64,000 nucleotides of DNA from Squalus acanthias (lineage: Eukaryota). Numbering within the stretch: position 1 is the first letter of the stretch; each line of letters starts with the position of its first letter. The translations under genes and the position numbers were made by a program. The notes below the pieces were generated by a model. That model was not told the origin of the DNA. It searched no databases and worked only from the letters and a program-made list of their open reading frames with translations. Of this stretch, positions 59,700-64,000 are shown piece after piece. The DNA lies in NCBI GenBank assembly GCA_030390025.1, contig CM059431.1:105464001-105528000 (forward strand). The letters run 5' to 3'.

Positions 59700-61827
59700 A
59701 GGGCATAAAAACCCAAAAGGAAAAGTGATCCAACCATGGCTAACAAAAGAAATTAAAGCTAGTATTAAGTCAAAGGAGGAAGCTTATAAAGTTGCCAGAA
59801 AAAGCGGTCAGCCTGAGGATTGGGATCTTTTTAGAAATCAGCAAGAAATTGATAAAGAAAGGCAAAATGGAATATGAGTGCAAACTAGTGAAACATATAA
59901 AAACGGATTGTAAAAGCTTCTATAGGTATGTGAAAAGGAAAAGACTGGCGAAGGTAAATGTAGGTCCTTTACATTCAGAGACGGGAGAATTTATAATGGG
60001 GAATGAGGAAATGGCAGAGAAATTAAATAAATACTTTGGGCTGGATTTTGAATGACCCATGGAGTCGGGTTTGGAGGCGTGTGAGGGGTTAAATTTGCGG
60101 GGTCGGGGTTTCCGACCCCATCCCGCCTCCACGCAATTTTGACATAATCAGTCGCGGGGTTCCCAACTCCGTCCCGCCTTCAAGAGGTGGGAGAGGTCAT
60201 TAAAGCGCTTAACAAGCTCTAAATTGGCTCTGTAATGCCATTTTGAAACGCTGTAGCTAGTTTAACCCTCTTCTGACGTGAAGCACGCCTGGTGTGAAAC
60301 ACTCCAGTGAAACCTGGCGGGAGCACAAGTGGATAGCTGACTATCAGCTGCAGGTCCACTATTACAACGGAGATGTGATGAAGGTAGTAGTAGTAGTATT
60401 AGGTCTGAATGTCGCCTCTGATGCTACTGCATTGAATGTCTTCAAAGACTGCCTGGGAGGACTTGCTTGGCAAAAAAAACTCACTCACTCTCTCTCTCTC
60501 TCTCTCTCTCTCTCCTCCCCACAACCCCCAACCCCCCCCCCACCCCGCCCCAGCCCTTAGTTTCTGTCTTCACGGAGGAAGACACAAAAAAACTCCCAGA
60601 AATACGAGAAAACCAAGGGTGTGATGAGAATGAGGAACTTAAAGAAATTATTATTAGTAAAAAAAACAGTACTAGCAAAATTAATGGGACTAAAAGTCAA
60701 TAAATCCCAAGAAGTAGACAAAGGGGAACCAATAGATGTGGTGTATCTGGATTTTCAGAAGGCCTTCGATAAGGTCCCACACAAGAGGTTGGTGAACAAA
60801 ATTAGGGCACATGGAATTGGGGGTAATATACCAGCATGGATTGAGAAATGGTTAACAGACAGAAAACAAAGAGTAGGGATGAACGGGTTTTTTCAGGATG
60901 GCAGGCTGTGACTAGTGGGGTGGCAGTGTCAGTTGCGAAGAGGATGTGAAGAGGCTTCAAGGGGATCTCGACAGGCTCAGTGGGTGGGTGAGAACATGGC
61001 AGATGGCATATAATGTGGATAAATGTGAAGTTATCCACTTTGGTAGAAAAAACAGAAAGGCAGAGTATTTCCTAAATGGTGAAAGATTGGGGAATGCAGA
61101 TGCTCAAAGGGACCTGGGTGTCCTTGTACATGAGTTACTGAAAGTGAATGTGCAGGTGCAGCAAGCCATTAGGAAGGCAAATGGTATGCTGGCCTTCATT
61201 ACAAGAGGATTTGTGTACAGGAGTAAAGAAGTCTTACTCCAATTATATAGGGCCTTGGTGAGACCACATCTGGAGTAATGTGTACAATTTTGGTCTCCTT
61301 ACCTAAGGAAGGATATACTTGCCACAGAGGGAGTGCAATGAAGGTTCACGAGATTGATTCCTGGGATGGCGGGACTGTCGTATGAGAAGAGATTGAGTAA
61401 ACTAGGCCTGTATTCTCTTGAATTCAGAAGAATGAGAGGGGATCTCATTGAAGCATACAAAATTATTACAGGGCTTGATAGGATGGATGCTGGGAGAATG
61501 TTTCCCTTAGCTGGGGTGTCTAGAACCAGGGGCTTCAGCCTCAAGATAATGGGTAGGCCATTCAGGACTGAGATAAGAAGACATTTCTTCACACAGAGGG
61601 TGGTGAATCTTTGGAATTCTCTACCCCAGAGGGTTGTAGAGGCTCAGTCATTGGGTATATTCAAAACAGAAGTCGACAGATTTCTGACTAGTAAGGGCAT
61701 CAAGGGATGTGACGATATGGCCGGTGAATGGAGTTGAAGCAGAAGATCAGCCATGATCTCATTGAATGGCGGAGCAGGCTCGAAGGGCCAAATGGCCTAC
61801 ACCTGCTCCTATTTCTTATGTTCTTAT
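59700..61827 (+). mobile_element. Long internally deleted CR1 ORF2 and 3' UTR
   Basis: QPWLTKEIK; KSFYRYVKRKR; VDKGEPIDVVYLDFQKAFDKVPHKRL; LQGDLDRL..W..WQM.YNVDKC; LYRALVRPHLE; most of the RT core is deleted. Confidence 0.95.
60038..60556. mobile_element. MITE inserted in CR1 ORF2
   Basis: gggctgg...ccagccc termini; CR1 frame LNKYF|VSVFTEED resumes; flanks ttt/tta. Confidence 0.8.
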
Positions 61828-62010
61828 GTTCTTTTCCCAATCACCTTAAATCTGTGCCCTCTCATTATCGACCCTTCAGTCATTGGAAACAGTTTCTCTT
61901 TATTTACTCGATCTAAACCCTTCATGATTTTAAAAACCTCTATCAAATCTCCTCTTAGCCTTGTCGGCCCTAAGGAGAACAACCCCAGCTTCACCAATCT
62001 ATCCACATAA

Positions 62011-62438
62011 TGTGTCAGCTGTGGCTCAGTGGATAGCACACTCGCCCCTGAGTCCGAAGGTTGTGGGTTCAAGTCCCACGCCAGGGACTTGAATGCATAA
62101 ATCTAGGCTGAGGGAGTGCTGCACTGTCGGAGGTGCCGTCTTTCAGATGAAACTTTAAACCGAGGCCCTGCCTACTTTCTCAGGTGGATGTAAAAGATCC
62201 CATGGCACTATTTCGAAGAAGAGCAGGGGAGTTATCCCTCAACCAACATAACAAAAACAAAACAGATTATCTGGCCATTATCACATTGCTGTTTGTGGGA
62301 GCTTGCTGTGCGCAAATTGGCTGCCCCGTTTCCCACATTCCAACAGTGATTACACTCCAAAAGTACTTCATTGGCTGTAAAGCGCTTTGAGACGTTGGTC
62401 GTCATGAAAGGCGCTAAATAAATGCAAGTCTTTCTTTC
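62011..62438 (+). mobile_element. DeuSINE/SacSINE1-like SINE
   Basis: Matches 4598-5050. Confidence 0.9.
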
Positions 62439-62504
62439 AAAACTGTAATCCCTCATTTTGCAACCATTCTAGTAAATCTCTCCAAAGCCTTCACCTTCCT
62501 AATA

Positions 62505-63000
62505 TCAGCGCAATCCGGGCAGAATTGGCAGGAACAGCGCAGAAGGTCGGGAATTTTAAATGTAAGTGAGCTACGCCCAAACCCACTTGCGGTCGTGTTT
62601 TCCGCGATCTGTTACGCTGGTTTAAGATTCAATTCTACCGATCAGGCCCCGCCCACAAAACTGGCCACACACCCCCAGATCGAAGTTGAGAGATTCCACC
62701 GATTCCGCTGACTCGGGAAGGCTCTTCAAATCACGCTCATTTACTTCGACACACAGGCACGAGTCAGCACGATTTTAAACGTTTTTTTATCACGAAAATA
62801 TAAAATTTACTAAGAGACTGACTAGTGTGCACCAATGAAACTATTAAATAGTTCAGTATACTTTTTTTTAATCATTTTCAGTGAGTTTAAATCAGGTTAC
62901 TCACAGGTGGAGGACAGGATATTCTTATTAAAAATGCTTATTTTTGGTGATAAACCCATTTTTAGCTGTATTAATAAATCTGCACCAGGTTACCGCTCTT
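62505..63000. mobile_element. MITE-like fragment
   Basis: GC-rich subterminal region followed by an AT-rich core, like the other MITEs here; no TIR pair found. Confidence 0.4.
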
Positions 63001-63004
63001 GAAT

Positions 63005-63955
63005 ACAAAGTGGAATCAAAAACACAATTCCTAAATTTGCGGATGACACCAAATTGAGGAGGATAGTCAATACTAAAGAGGACATTAATAAACTTGCAGA
63101 ATGTGCCTATAATTGGCAAATGAAGTTCAACACAGATAAATGTGAGCTATTACATTTTGGTAGGAAGAATAGGGAGGTCACTTATTACTTGGAGGGTGTG
63201 AGTCTGGGTGGGGTAGAGGAGCAAAGGGATCTCGGAGTACAAATACACAAATCACTAAAAGTATCGACACAGGTTAATAAGGCCATTAAAAAAAGCAAAC
63301 CAAGCACTAGGGTTTATTTCTGGAGGAATAGTGTTGAAAAGTAGTGAAGTTATGCTAAACCTGTATCGAACCTTGGTTAGACCACACTTGGAGTACTGCG
63401 TACAGTTCTGGTCGCCGTATTATATAAAGGATGTAGAGGCACTGGCGAGGGTGCAGAGAAGATTTACAAGCATGATACCAGAAATGCGAGGGTATACATA
63501 TCAGGAAAGGATGAACAGGCTAGGCTGGGTCTCTTTTCTCTTGAAAAAAGAAGGCTGAGGGGGTGACCTAATAGAGGTCTTTAAAATTATGAAAGGTTTT
63601 GATAGAGTGGATACAGAGAGAGTGTTTCCACTTGTGGGGAAGAGCAAAATTAGAGGCCATCAATATAAGATAGTCACCAAGAAATCCAATAGGGAATTCA
63701 GAAGAAACTTCCTTACCAAGAGAGTGGTGAGAATGTGGAACTCACTACCACAGGGAGTGGTTGAAGCGAATAGTATAGATCCATTTAAGGGGAGGCTAGA
63801 CAAGCATATGAGGGAAAAGGGAATAGAGGGTTACGCTGATAGAGTTAGATGAGGAAAGGCGGAAGGAGGCTCGAGTGGAGCATAAACGCTGGCATAGACT
63901 GGTTGGGCCGAATGGCCTGTTTCTCTGCCTTATATCCTATGTAATCCTGTGTAAT
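63005..63955 (+). mobile_element. CR1 LINE 3' ~0.95 kb
   Basis: KFADDTKL (RT motif), WQMKFNTDKC, LYRTLVRPHLEYCVQFWSP, 3' tail. Confidence 0.95.
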
Positions 63956-64000
63956 CAAGGAATACTTTTTAATGGAAAGAAAGAAAAAGAATCGATTACC

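Larger units (their letters stand above)
59450..62008 (-). mobile_element. CR1 3' fragment (59450-59700 and 61828-62008) split by a plus-strand CR1
   Basis: RLVKLGLFSL..RLRGDLIEVFKIMKG...GHRFKVIGKRT continues into the left piece with the 3' tail. Confidence 0.8.

Overview
Vertebrate nuclear DNA, most likely from a shark or other cartilaginous fish (inferred from the repeat content: HER1/CR1-type LINEs, SacSINE1/DeuSINE-type SINEs, LF-SINE relics). I could not recognise a host protein-coding gene. The window looks intronic or intergenic and is dominated by nested transposable elements. Main items: (1) A full-length, slightly decayed PIF/Harbinger transposon (13601-17826) with a DDE transposase on + and a 3-exon Myb/SANT partner gene on -. 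The window also holds an internal-deletion derivative, many related MITEs and a paralogous empty site. (2) Several Penelope-like elements (GIY-YIG endonuclease) carrying nine minimal hammerhead-ribozyme motifs from two families. Two near-perfect or perfect palindromic mini-elements fold back at the ribozyme. (3) Two solo LTRs with 4-bp TSDs. (4) A fossil Gypsy pol split by a CR1 in its YxDD motif. (5) Many CR1, L2, RTE and RTE-X-like LINE fragments with partner SINEs. I found no convincing wholly new system. The best leads are the hammerhead-anchored mini/palindromic Penelope elements and the Harbinger-MITE family. Family names come from recalled consensus motifs, not database searches, and many boundaries are approximate (about 10-30 bp).
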